Positions 40,584 through 51,534 of a stretch of DNA of 64,000 bases are shown piece after piece. The stretch lies in the NCBI GenBank assembly GCA_965243135.1, contig OZ251539.1, forward strand, positions 3,520,001 to 3,584,000, in the 5' to 3' direction. The translations under genes and the position numbers were made by a program. How positions within the stretch are numbered: the first letter of the stretch is position 1; each line of letters begins with the position of its first letter. Origin of the DNA: Alphaproteobacteria bacterium (GTDB lineage: Bacteria > Pseudomonadota > Alphaproteobacteria > MPNO01 > UBA830). A model generated the notes under the pieces. It did no database searches. It was not told the DNA's origin and worked only from the letters and a program-made list of their open reading frames with translations.

Positions 40584-41932
40584 CTGCCATTCCCCGCGAA
40601 ATCGCCGCTCCCGCTCTTCCGGTCACGCATGCAGGCTTCATATAGCGAAAGACCGGAGACGGCAAACCGCTTCGTCCAACCGGCGGATGGGCGAACGACC
40701 TACCGAACGAAACGATGCGTCGGCAAGCGGAACGCGGAATCGACGATTGCATCGGGTTTCGCCGATCGGAATGCAGCGCAGCGAATGGCGGGCTCGCCCG
40801 TACGCTACGCGCAAGGTCATTCGGCGACATTTGTCCCAAGAATCGAGGCCATGCTTTCGCAACCGCTTTCGCTTTATCGTCGCTGTGCGTTCGTGCCGCG
40901 AAGACGGTGCCGAGGTCAGCGGCAATTCGGCTTCTTCACCTTGACGAGCATGTTGGGCCCGAATCAGTGCTATGGCATTTCGATTGTAGTTGCGCATGCG
41001 ATCACGGATAATATTCTCATCCGGATCATGATCTCCGTCGGTCCATCTTCAAGACCGACTTGTCCAGACTTCGAAAACATTGGTTTCAGTAACGAGGTCG
41101 CCTGCCATATTGTCGACTTCACGCTCCGCAACGGGCCGGGAGCCGCCGAAAACGTCGGCTCCCTGAGATGGTATTCGTAACTTTAAGATTTTGCTTGGTT
41201 TTTCTCAAGATGTCGCGAATTCCGAGCGTATTACTTTTTGGAGAGGCACATGTTCCTGTCTCGCCTCGCCATCCTGCCCGAAAACGCGGTCGGCGCCGGC
41301 CTGAGACCGGCATTCGAAGGACTTCATCTGGCAAATTGAATTTACGCGATCTTCAGAGGTTTGAACTTCGTTCCGATCGCGCCGGACGCTGAGCTGTCGC
41401 CGAAAGCGCCAAGCCGTTCCCCACCGCGACCTCGCCGCCGGACGAATCTTTCGAACAACAGGTTCGTTTCACCCCCTCGCAGCACCGACGCGGACGCCCT
41501 GTCGCGTGCAGACCGCAAGACGCAAGTTTACATGGACCTTGCCACGGCTCGATGTCGGCTCCGGCGTTCCTGTCCGGCCCGGAGCGCAAACGGCACGGCT
41601 CGCCATGAAAAACGAACGGCCCGTTCGCCGGCAGCCTGCGGCGATATCGAAATGAACCGCAGACAGCCCGAAGCTAACTGCGCGGAACGGGCCGTCGGCG
41701 TCCCGGATCGCAGCGGCTTGTGCCTTGCGCATCGGCGCTCAAGGAGAAAAGGAGGGTTTTTCTCGGCGGCGGGGGCGTTTGCTGCAGCACCTTGACTCAC
41801 CGGGCAGCACGTCCTGAAACGGCATTCGCGGCAGAGATTGCCGACCGACCGCGTTGCGCTTCGGAATTGACGCGTTGCGCTTCGGAATTGATAGGGGGGA
41901 TAATAAAAGCGACATCAATTACCGTGAACGCT

Positions 41933-42064
41933 CATATGTAGGTTCAAACGACGGCACGATACGCCCACTTGGCGCGGGACTCAGTGAAGGCGTCCGCTGC
42001 CAAGATCGCCGATAGCATCGGTGCGGATATTCTGACCGGAAGGATGGGATCGGATGTGACTTGA
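41933..42064 (+). pseudogene. C-terminal remnant of a tyrosine recombinase/integrase
   Basis: H.*VQTTARYAHLARDSVKASAAKIADSIGADIL: box II catalytic H...Y region with an in-frame TAG. Not in the ORF track. Confidence 0.7.
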
Positions 42065-42153
42065 GCCGCTATTGAGGAACGCGAAGGGTGCACCATCCCG
42101 TTTGTGCATCGTCACCGCTGTCGTTATCATAGCAAAGGTGCTATGAGGGAGCG

Positions 42154-42483
42154 GTGGTGGATTGGAGCGTCGGAACCCTGAACGCGACGGTGGACAGGGA
42201 GCTTGGAGCGCTGTCCGTCGACATGCGGGCGCGGTTTGCGAGAATCTGCCAATTGATTACTGCGGTCGGGTTGGAGCGCGTGGGGGCGCCTCACGTCAGG
42301 CACCTGACCGGACCACTTTGGGAAATGCGTATGAGCGGTCGGGACGGGATATCGCGGGCGCTCTACGTTACGGCCGGGGAGAGGCGGGTCGTGGTAGTGC
42401 GGGTGTTCCTCAAGAAGACCCCGAAGACACCCCGCCGGGAGATTGATTTGGCGCTGCGACGCGCCAAGGAGGTAACAGGATGA
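42154..42483 (+). CDS. RelE/ParE (HigB/Gp49-like) toxin
   Basis: PHVRHL.G.LWEMR..G.DGISRALY...VRVF.KKT.KTP. Confidence 0.9.
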   Translation: MVDWSVGTLNATVDRELGALSVDMRARFARICQLITAVGLERVGAPHVRHLTGPLWEMRMSGRDGISRALYVTAGERRVVVVRVFLKKTPKTPRREIDLALRRAKEVTG

Positions 42484-42758
42484 GCAAAGTGACCGATCTA
42501 CATGAGGAATGGAGCCGTGATCCGGATTATCGTGAGGCTTATGACCGGCTTGGCCCGGAGTTCGAACTCTCTCGCTCTCTCATCGAGGCCCGCACACGCG
42601 CCAAGCTCACGCAAGCCGAGCTCGCGGAACGGATGAAGACGACGCAATCGGTCGTGGCCCGGCTTGAGAGCGGCCGCACCTATCCTTCGGCCAGAACCCT
42701 CGAAAAGATCGCGCGCGCCACCGGTACCCGTCTTCGGATCAGTTTCGATCCAGCATGA
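42480..42758 (+). CDS. XRE HTH antitoxin (HigA-like)
   Basis: LTQAELAERM.TTQSVVARLESG; ATGA-coupled to the toxin. Confidence 0.92.
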   Translation: MSKVTDLHEEWSRDPDYREAYDRLGPEFELSRSLIEARTRAKLTQAELAERMKTTQSVVARLESGRTYPSARTLEKIARATGTRLRISFDPA

Positions 42759-42840
42759 TGGCAGTCTCCGGGAACGGGTACCGACTCGTCGTTCGTTTCG
42801 GCTATGTGCGCCGGGTCTGGCTTATACCCTTCGTGGGTGC

Positions 42841-43014
42841 ATGAAGACGCAGACCTTTGATCTCGTACTGACACGCTATGTAATCGAACGGCTGCCGCCA
42901 CACGCTTATCGATTCGTTCTCAAGGGCACCATGCTGCTGATGGCTTGGTTCGACGGGCCGTTCCGTAGTTCGCGTGATCTTGATCTCTTGGGCCATGGCG
43001 ACCCGGCGCCTTGA
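42841..43014 (+). pseudogene. AbiEii-type nucleotidyltransferase toxin fragment
   Basis: FDLVLTRY.IERL...RFVLKG.ML...R.SRDLDLLG, then a stop. Confidence 0.7.
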
Positions 43015-43083
43015 CTCACCGGCCGACTCCATCCCCATACTTTCCTCGCGACAGGGATTGCCGACCGCCGGTACTGCACTTCG

Positions 43084-44356
43084 TGTATGGACGCCCCCGT
43101 TGATGCAAGCATTTTGGAAAGCTCGGTGCATGCGGTCAAGTACATTCGTGTGTCTGGATGCGACTTCAGTGGCCGCGGACGGCGATACGCGGACCGGGTC
43201 CAAGTGCGTGCTCGAAGCACACAAGAAGTGCAGCTGGTTTGCCCGCTCTATGACCATTTGCCCTTACTCTCCCTCCGTCCTTGCCCCCGACGTTATCCTA
43301 CAGCGCTAGCGCTGTCGGATCCCGGGAAACCCTCAGTCGGCAGCCGGCGCGATTGCCGGCACCTGGTAGAACTCCTTCTTCGTCAGCAGCGCCCAAGCGG
43401 TACGCGCCATCTTGTTGGCCAGAGCCACCGCCACCAGCTTCGGAGGCTTGGTCGCAAGCATCTTGGCCAGCCACGAGCCCTTCGGAGCATCGCGTCGTTT
43501 CGCCAACCGAACGACCGACATTGCGCCGATGCTCTCCGGATGTCACGCTGACCCGTGGCCGAGCCTCACTTTGCCGCCCGTGCTGTCCTCTCTCGGCGTC
43601 AGACCCAGCCAAGCCGCGAAGTCGCGCCCCGACCGGAAGTTCTCCCGGCGCGAAGGCTGCCGAAGCGGTCAAGGGACCGACCCCGGGAATGCTCCGCTTC
43701 GAGTCCTCCTTCGCAAGCGCCGCGATCCTTTTGTCGATCTCGTCGATCTTCTTTTTCAGACTGCCGCTCCAACAGATCGGCTGCGGTGTACCAGGTCGGG
43801 CAGGCGATGCCAGCAACGCATCTTCGAGCTTCCTGACGTTGGCAGTGCCTTGGGGAACCACGAGACCGAACTCCGCAAGATGACCGCGAAGTGCGTTAAT
43901 CGTCTGGGTCCGCTGCCGCACGAACAGGCTGCGCGCATGCCACATCATTCCCTGCTGTTCCTCGGTCTTCACAGCGACGAATCGCATCGTCGGTGCGGCT
44001 TCGGCGATCGCCTCCGCCCGTGTCGTTCTTCTGACGCTTGACGAACGGCTTGACGGGTGGCAACAACCTGACCTCGCGGCCAAGCTTCTCCCGGCCCCAG
44101 TAGTGCGAACTGCCGCAAGCCTCCACGATGCACTTCGGCTGTCGCTTCAGGAAGTCCAGAACCTTCGGGCGGCCGAGGGTCCGGCGAAACGCAACGGATC
44201 CGTCCGTTCGAGCACCGTGAAGCGAGAAACTCCGCTTCGCCAAGTCGATGCCGATTATGCTAACCTGTTCCATGGATGTCCTCTCTCCATATGTTGTGGT
44301 TCGACAGCACTATGGCACAATGCGATGCCGCCGGGGAGGGGGCGTCCATCCCATCG
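43084..44356 (-). mobile_element. IS110-family (IS1111 group) element, recombinase frameshifted (43298-44273)
   Basis: IGIDLAK..F, EACG.SHYW, VKPFVKRQKND, SIPGVG, VALANK.AR..WA. Sub-terminal IR ATGGACGCCCCC at 43087-43098 / 44338-44349. Confidence 0.88.
43099..43297 (-). ncRNA. Putative bridge/seek RNA region of the IS1111-type element
   Basis: ~200-bp non-coding segment between the recombinase stop and the right IR, where IS1111-group guide RNAs lie. Structure not verified. Confidence 0.5.
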
Positions 44357-44706
44357 GAGTCGATAGGGGGCACTTGGTACGAACGGAGGTGGGGCGAATT
44401 CTTATGCGTCCTCAAGACCGGAGCCCGGGGATCGCAACTTCGACGAGGTCGATGACCTCAAGCGTTGCCTCGCTTTCGACGCCATCACCGCATGGAGGGT
44501 CCTCGACCGCCTGGCGCGGGAAAAGCCCGGCACTCCCGGAAAACGGGAAACTCTGGAACAGGTACGTCAAGTTGAAGCAATCATCTGTCGTGTATCGCGC
44601 CGCCAGAAATGCAGAGTTGAATGTGGGAGGATGACAGAAGGCGAATTGAGCCACGGACGAAGACGAAGGAAGGACCCTGCGCCGAGCAGGTGGAGTTCGT
44701 CAACCT

Positions 44707-45010
44707 TCAACCCGCACGCCACCGACGCTGGCCTGTGCGCCTCGCCTGCACGAGAATGCCAGTCATGCGGAGACGCCAATCGACCAGCTTCGTGCTGACG
44801 CCAAACACCCGGCTGATGGCTTCCGATGACGGCATGCGCCGATACACACTGAGCAATCCATCACGGGGCAGCAGGAGGGTACCAGCAAGCCAGTCAGCCT
44901 CATCTTCTTGTTCGGCATCATAGCGGTCTCTGAACAGGAACCCTTCCTCGGACACGCTGGCCGTCGCTGGACGGTGGTCCAGAAGGATGTGTGCGAGTTC
45001 GTGGGCCAAG
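44707..45010 (-). pseudogene. 3' half of an ImmA/IrrE metallopeptidase gene truncated by IS4
   Basis: LAHELAHILL.H...QEDEADWLAG.LLLP...FGVS...WRL. Confidence 0.75.
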
Positions 45011-46726
45011 CTACTGTGCTGCCGATTCTTGGCTGGGGGCTGTCGGGTTCGCGGCCTCGGCACGCCGCTGTCGCGACCGCCGGCTGGAACGACGACCGAC
45101 GGCGCACTTGCCTGCACCGGGTCTTGTGCCTGTCGCGCTTCCGCCCCGGCGTGCCGCACCTCGCATGTGTTGAGACGGGTGGCGGGCATGGCAGGGGACG
45201 ATTTCGGGGCGCGCTACGGCTACCGCCCTGCTGGAGACCTTTGATGGACAGCATACGGGAGCGAGTTTCCGGGCCGCGAACTGGCGATGGGTGGGGAAGA
45301 CCAGCGGTCGCGGTCGCTTGGGGGGCGCGGCGAAGACACCGAAAGCGGTGTACATGTACGGCGCGGGATGGCGGGAGCACCTGCGGGGGCCCGAACCGCA
45401 TTTTGCGCCGCTGGAGGCCGGGGCCGGCCTGGACCGGAAGAGCTGGGCGGAACAGGAGTTCGGCGGCGCGCCGCTGGGAGACGCACGCCTGAGCGCACGG
45501 CTGGTGACTTGCGCCCGGATCCAGGCGGACGCGCCGGCGTTCACGGGCGCCGCGAGGGGGGAAAGGCTTACTACCGTCTGCAAGCCGGACAACGAGGCGG
45601 TGGAGAACATCCTGCAACCGCACCGGCGCTGCAACGGATGCAGGGGGAGAAGACGGTGTTGTGCGTGCAGGACGGCAGCACGCTGAACTTCGCAAAGCGT
45701 GGCAATGGGTTGGGAATCAGGAACCAGACCGCCGCCGCTGCCCGAGGCCTGCACCTGCACGCCACGGTGAACACGGACGGGTTGCCGCTGGGGGTTCTGC
45801 GAGCCGCGTTCGACGCCCCGCAGCCGGGCGCGGAGAAGAACAAACCTCGCGAGGAGAAGAAGTCGTATCGCCGAGGGTCTTCGCGACAGCGCCGAGGCCG
45901 CCGCGGCTGGCGTGCAAGTGGTCGGCGTCCCGGGAGGCGCAGTTCGTCGACCTGTTCGTCGAGCGGCGCGAGCGGACGCCGGGAGTGGAACTCTTGGTGC
46001 GGGCGAAGACCAACCGCGTTCTCGAAGAGGACGACAAGCTGTTCGACAAGGTGCGGAAGAGCCCGGCGCAGAGCAAGATGACGATCAAGCGTCTGAGCGC
46101 ACGCGTCAAGGCCAGCAAGCAGGCCGCGAAGGCCACCTCACCGTCAGGCCACCGTCAAGCTGCGTTATCTCAAGGTGAAGTTGCCGGCGAAGGGCAAGGA
46201 TCCCGTGACGATCCTGCATGTCCGCGAGGAAAACCCGCCAACCGAAGCTGCCCGGCGGTTCCTGTTGACGACGCTGCCGGTCGAGGGTGCCGCAGACGCT
46301 GAGCGCCGTGGTACGGTTTGCGCTGGAGAATCGAAGATTATTTCCGCGTCTTGAAGTCCGGCTGCCGAGGAACTTGAGAACCAAACGGCCGAGCGACTGC
46401 AACGCGCCGCTGCCATGGTCATCGCCTGGCGCATCCATGGCCCGCCTCGGACGGGAACTGCCCGACCTGCCGCCCGAGCCTCTGTTCTCGGACGTCGAGC
46501 TCTGGGTACTGGCGCTGTTCGCCGCACCGCAAGGATGCGCCGAAAAGCCTCGCGGAAGCGGTTGCTTTGGTCGCAAACCTCGGCGGCTATTTCAAACGCA
46601 AGCGGGATCCGCCAGGCGCGGAAGTGATGTGGTACGGCTACGCCCAACTCGCCGCAATGGCTCTTTTTCGGGAACTTGAGGATGAATATCAATAATGTCC
46701 AAACGCCATTTATGGGGCACAGGCAG
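45010..46726 (+). mobile_element. Degenerate IS4-family (Tn5-like) element with N-terminal DUF4338 domain
   Basis: GW.DD.RR..LHRV.CLSRF, DF.ARYGYRP..LETF, G.SFRAANW..VG.T.GRG; then WAEQEFGGAPLGD.RL..RL, CVQDG.TLNF, IEDYFRVLKSGC, VIAWR, LGGY..RK.DPPG. Ends TTATGGGGCACAGGCAG. Confidence 0.8.
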
Positions 46727-46728
46727 GC

Positions 46729-46950
46729 CTAGCCAACGGCGACCTCGATGCGGGTCACATAGACTTCGCTACGCAGGCGCCTATCGACTTCCTCTGCCGG
46801 AGCGGTCTCGAAGAACAGAGTCAATGCCTCCTCAAGGTTGACGCGAGCTTCGGCTACGGTGCTTCCTTGGCTGGCGACGTCGACCTCCGGGCATAGGGCA
46901 ACATAACCGTCTCCTTCGCGTTCCACAATCGCCGTCAACTGTCTGTTCAT
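46729..46950 (-). CDS. HicB-family antitoxin (orphan)
   Basis: TAIVEREGDGYVALCPE.DVASQG.TV.EA..NL.EA; IS4 end abuts its stop. Confidence 0.85.
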   Translation of the reverse strand: MNRQLTAIVEREGDGYVALCPEVDVASQGSTVAEARVNLEEALTLFFETAPAEEVDRRLRSEVYVTRIEVAVG

Positions 46951-47097
46951 GCCGTACCTCCTTCCTTAAAGACGACTCATTCACCATCCGTTCATAGTGG
47001 CCGCAGTCGCTGTCCAGATCAAGAACTTTTCTTTAGCAGTGAATTAAGGGAATCGAACATTTTCTGGAAACGACAAAGCGTATCTTCGCATATCTCC

Positions 47098-47865
47098 AGT
47101 TCCTGCGCCGTTTTGCTTGACGGGGTTTCGCTTCGCCCGGACGGAGACGAAGAAGCGTGCTGGCGCGAGGCGTCCTGCGGGACGGTCAGTTTCCAGGACG
47201 CGGAGGGCAATCGCTTGAAAACGCTCAGTTTCGGAGCCGGAGGCCGGCAAGGCGACGCTGAAGGCGCAACTCGCCGAAGAGGTCGCCCACCAAGGTACGG
47301 CCCGACCTGAAGGTGGTCGCCGTTGCCGACGCCGCGCCCGACAACTGGACGTTTCTCGACGAGCTACGGCCCGACGAGCGGGCGGTCGATTTTTGCGTGC
47401 GAACATCTCAACGAGGTCTCCGACCGTCGCAAGCAACTGGTACGAAAAGTACCGTGCCGTCCTGCGCGACGACGCCGACAGCGTCGACAAGGTTATCCGG
47501 GCGATCTCCGCGACAAGGCGACGACGGAAACGGCGCTCAAGGTTCTCGGGCGCGAGCTTTTCCGCAAGCACAGGCACCGCATGCGCTACGCGAGCCTCAA
47601 GGCCGACGGTTACGCGGTCGGGCGTCGTGGAGGCCGCCAACAAGGTGCTGGTCAACCAGCGCATGAAGCGGGCGCGCTGGAGCGTCGAAGGCGGTCAGAA
47701 CGTCCTCACCCTCAGAGCGTTGGTCGGGTCGCTTCGAGTCGGCGTGGCGGGCAATGATCGGGGCTGCGAACGACAATCAGGCGCTGAACGCTATCGCGGC
47801 CTGACGGCGGAAATCCCGATTCCGTAAATAAAAACAAGGAGTTTGGCAAAAATAGATCTGCACCC
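47098..47865 (+). mobile_element. ISKra4-family remnant A (5'-truncated)
   Basis: Deletion-riddled copy of 48378-49195; ends AAAAATAGATCTGCACCC. Confidence 0.8.
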
Positions 47866-47869
47866 TTCG

Positions 47870-49195
47870 GGGAATTCGCGGCCTTCCTCAAGGCGGGGTC
47901 CGAGGGGGAGGGTCCCGAGGCGTTCGCCGATTTCGAGCTTGGGTTAGGTAAGCAGGTCGCTGCGCTGTGCCGGACGGTGATTTGCAAATACATCGAGGAC
48001 CGGGACGAGAGGGGAGGCCCGATTCACAAGGACGACAAAGTCTTCTATCGGGCTGCGCGGACGCAGAAGACCGTCCACACGCTGTTCGGTCCGGTCCGGT
48101 ATTTCCGGACGCGATATCGCTCGGAAGATGGGTCGTTCTCGCCGGTCGACAACGACCTGGGCCTGCGGCTATCTCACGAACCCGGCCGCTTATCGCGCTC
48201 TTCTGCTCCTGGACCACTGCACGCCGCAGGAAACGGCCAAACTCTTCGAGGAGTTGGGGGGCATGAACCCGTCGTCGAGCCACGCGTCTGTTGGAGACGA
48301 CGGGCAGTCTCTGGAAGGAAAAGGGGCGGGAAGCCATGGAAAGCATCCGCGAGGCGGAAACGGTGCCGGAGGAGGCGGTTTCCTGCGCCGTTTCGCTTGA
48401 TGGTGTGATGGTTTCGCTTCGCCCGGACGGGGACGAAGAAGCGTGCTGGCGCGAGGCGTCCTGCGGAACGGTCAGTTTCCAGGACGCGGAAGGCAATCGC
48501 TTGAAAACGCTCAGTTTTGGGCGAATGCCGGAGGCCGGCAAGGCGACGCTGAAGGCGCAACTCGCCGAAGAGGTCGCCCACATCCGTAAGGTGCGGCCCG
48601 ACCTGAAGGTGGTCGCCGTTGCCGACGCCGCGCCCGACAACTGGACGTTTCTCGACGAGCTCCAGCCCGACGAGCGGGCGGTCGATTTTTTCCATGCGTG
48701 CGAACATCTCAACGAAGTCTCCGACCATGCGGTCGCAAGCAGCTGGTACGAAAAGTACCGCGCCGTCCTGCGCGACGACGCCGACGGCGTCGACAAGGTC
48801 GGCGATCCGCTATCTCCGCGACAAGGCGACGACGGAAACGGCGATCAAGGTTCTCGGGCGCGAGCTCAGGTTTTTCCGCAAGCACAGGCGCCGCATGCGC
48901 TACGCGAGCCTCAGGGCCGGCGGCTACGCAATTGGGTCGGGCGTCGTGGAAGCCGCCAACAAGGTGCTGGTCAACCAGCGCATGAAGCGGGCCGGCATGC
49001 GCTGGAGCATCGAAGGCGGTCAGAACGTCCTCACCCTCAGAGCGCTGATAAGGTCGGGTCGCTTCGAGTCGGCGTGGCGGGCGATGACTGGGGCTGCGAA
49101 CGACAATCAGGCGTTGCACGTCATCGCGGCCTGACGGCGGAAATCCCGATTCCGTAAATAAAAACAAAGAGTTTGGCAAAAATAGATCTGCACCC
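47870..49195 (+). mobile_element. ISKra4-family element B, frameshifted transposase
   Basis: SLDGVM, WREASCG, VADAAPDNW, DFFHACEHL, MRY...G..IGSGVVEAANK.LV..RMK..GM.W; same terminal sequence. Confidence 0.8.
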
Positions 49196-49345
49196 CCTCA
49201 GAGCGTTGGTCGGGTCGCTTCGAGTCGGCATGGCGGACAATGACTGGGGCTGCGAACGACAATCAGGCGTTCAACGTCGCCTGACGGCGAAAATCCCGAT
49301 TCCGTAAATAAAAACAAGGAGTTTGGCAAAAATAGAGCTGCACCC
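49196..49345 (+). repeat. Tandem duplicate of the ISKra4 right end
   Basis: Third copy ending AAAAATAGAGCTGCACCC. Confidence 0.85.
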
Positions 49346-49499
49346 TTTCGGCTCGCCCCTTCGAGGTCAGAAACGAAACGGCCAAGGGCAGGACACGCCG
49401 CAGGGAGCAGAGGAGCGGGGTCGCCGCGCCCGCCCGGGACGGGGCGATTTCCGTCCGTCTGCAGAGGCCGCATCCGGCGGGATTCCCCGATGCAGGCCG

Positions 49500-49874
49500 T
49501 TACCAATCCAGATGTTTCGCGAGCTTTTCGACATCGGCTACGCGTCTGAGTTTGACATGGTATTCCATCCCTTGGTTGGGCGTTCCATTGAAGTCATTTC
49601 CGAAATCTCTGGTCAGATTCGCTCCGAGTTTCTTTCGGTCGATCCGGGTCAAAGCGTATTTCCGAAAATAGAACGTCAGCGAACTCCGGTTGACGATAAA
49701 GGCGTAAGGCATATTCCTGTCATCATCGTAAAAGTTGCACGATCTTTTGTTACTGGGGTTCCCACCCCATCGGCATTCGCATTTCAGTTTTGAGTTATCC
49801 ACGAGTTCCAGCAGGCGATGATACGCCTTCCGGGTTTCCGGTGCCTTGATATGGTCAGCGAACTGCGAACGCAT
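49500..49874 (-). CDS. Hypothetical protein
   Basis: Lower-GC 124-aa ORF with AGGAGG RBS; no recognised motif. Confidence 0.6.
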   Translation of the reverse strand: MRSQFADHIKAPETRKAYHRLLELVDNSKLKCECRWGGNPSNKRSCNFYDDDRNMPYAFIVNRSSLTFYFRKYALTRIDRKKLGANLTRDFGNDFNGTPNQGMEYHVKLRRVADVEKLAKHLDW

Positions 49875-49899
49875 GTCTTTCCTCCTGAGTGAAGTTCAT

Positions 49900-50400
49900 T
49901 CCGGCACCCGGTGCCATGGCGTGCTGCGGCGGACGCCCGATGTTGCGGCAGCATCGGTGCTGCCTCGCGCAGGATCCCTCTGCCGGACCGAGGTTCATTG
50001 TAAAATCTGATTTGCAGACATGCGAGCATTTTCGTCTCCGCGCCGCCGATTTCTCGCCGCATTCCTCGGGGCAGGCTCTTCCGGTCAGTTATGGAGGGGA
50101 AGCCGATCAGGTGCCAGGCGATGACCATGGCGACAGCGCAGCGCTCGGCCGTTCGGTTCTCAAGTTCCTTGCAGCTGGATTTCAGGATCCAATCCTGGCT
50201 GCTCCCAGCGCAGATCTTACCGTGTCAGAACGCGTTCGACATCGTCGGCGCTCGGCAGCGTCGTCAGCAGGAACCAACCGTTCGGGCACCTGGCGGGGGA
50301 GCATTCTCGCGGACGACCATCGTCTCGACGGGTTCTTTGCTCTTCGCCGGCAACTCGACCGGACAAACCTTGATGCTCCATTCGCCATCTTTACGCACGA
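49900..50400 (-). pseudogene. Heavily decayed IS4-family transposase fragment
   Basis: ILKSSC.ELE.RTAER...MVIAW matches the 46340-46440 region. Confidence 0.55.
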
Positions 50401-50465
50401 GAACAAACAGCAGGATACCCACCCTTTTCAGGCTGAAACATAAATCGGTTGCAGGTCTAACCCGT

Positions 50466-51302
50466 TCAATCTCGACGCTTCACGCTATGGATAGAAGATA
50501 GCGTTTCCACATTTTGTAATTTTTTTCGCTTCTTAAGAAAATGACTTTCATGCGATATTGCATGACGACACCAGTGAGAGTAAGAGACAGCTACCGCCGC
50601 CATGAACCCGTAACTTCCTTCCCTCCAGAAACCACGCACAACGTATCTGATGAAAAAATATACCGGCAGTCCGAAATATACTTTTAGTGCGGACGGCAAG
50701 AAGCGCCGAGATTTCAAAAAAGGAGATTTCTGGATATTCGCCTTGGCCATCTTCAGCGCCAACTGCCCCATGCCACTGAAGGAGTAGTGAAGCAACGCTC
50801 CTTGCAAGCGACCAACCGTTAGATCGTCAGGAATCCTAAACTGATCCCAAACGCCATGGGCCGGTGCACGAATTTTACGTTTATCGTAGAGCTTTGCGCG
50901 ACGAACGACCGGGCACTTCGTCCACACATGACCGCCGGGATCTACGGTAATCAGGGGGATTTCGTAGATGTCCGAATCGGGACCGTCATAGTCTCCAGAG
51001 AAAAGAGCGCGAATTTCTTGAGCGAGATCGTCGGTAACAACTTCGTCTGCATCTATATCCAAAACCCAATTGTGACAACATGCCTCTTCGCCAACTCGCT
51101 TTTGGTGACCGTTTCCTAACCACGTTTGCTTGATCACGCGCGCTCCCTCTGCAGTAGCCAAATGCACTGTCGAATCGGTAGAACCAGAATCAACGACAAC
51201 GACTTCATCTGAAACTTGTTTCGCCGCACGAACTGTTTCTGCAATATTTTGTTCTTCGTTTAGGGTACGAATATAACATGAAATTTTCGTTGTATTATTC
51301 AT
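50466..51302 (-). CDS. GT2 glycosyltransferase (LPS core, KdtX/LpsC-like)
   Basis: IRTLNEE.NI, VVDSGSTD.T, W.G.G.QK, IDADE, LLHYS. Confidence 0.88.
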   Translation of the reverse strand: MNNTTKISCYIRTLNEEQNIAETVRAAKQVSDEVVVVDSGSTDSTVHLATAEGARVIKQTWLGNGHQKRVGEEACCHNWVLDIDADEVVTDDLAQEIRALFSGDYDGPDSDIYEIPLITVDPGGHVWTKCPVVRRAKLYDKRKIRAPAHGVWDQFRIPDDLTVGRLQGALLHYSFSGMGQLALKMAKANIQKSPFLKSRRFLPSALKVYFGLPVYFFIRYVVRGFWREGSYGFMAAVAVSYSHWCRHAISHESHFLKKRKKLQNVETLSSIHSVKRRD

Positions 51303-51534
51303 CGGAATGTTGGATGGTGGCGGTGCCATTGCTGGGTCTCCCGAAAACAGGTTCGCTATTATTCCACGGCGTTATACGCCTTCGGCATGTCGGTCGGCCC
51401 GAAACAACGCCCGGAGAGCGAACCGGGCTTCTCTGTCCGAACGAAAGCCAGCTTCAGCGAACGGAATCGCCACAGGCTCCGCCTCCGACAAGTAAACATG
51501 CGCAAAGCCGAACATACTCGAGCAAGAAATATGT

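Noticed and set aside
39240-41180. 646-aa plus-strand ORF
   Set aside because: Antisense shadow of acuI with no recognisable domain.
41850-41891. 21-bp tandem duplication CGCGTTGCGCTTCGGAATTGA x2
   Set aside because: Only two units in intergenic DNA; consistent with simple slippage.
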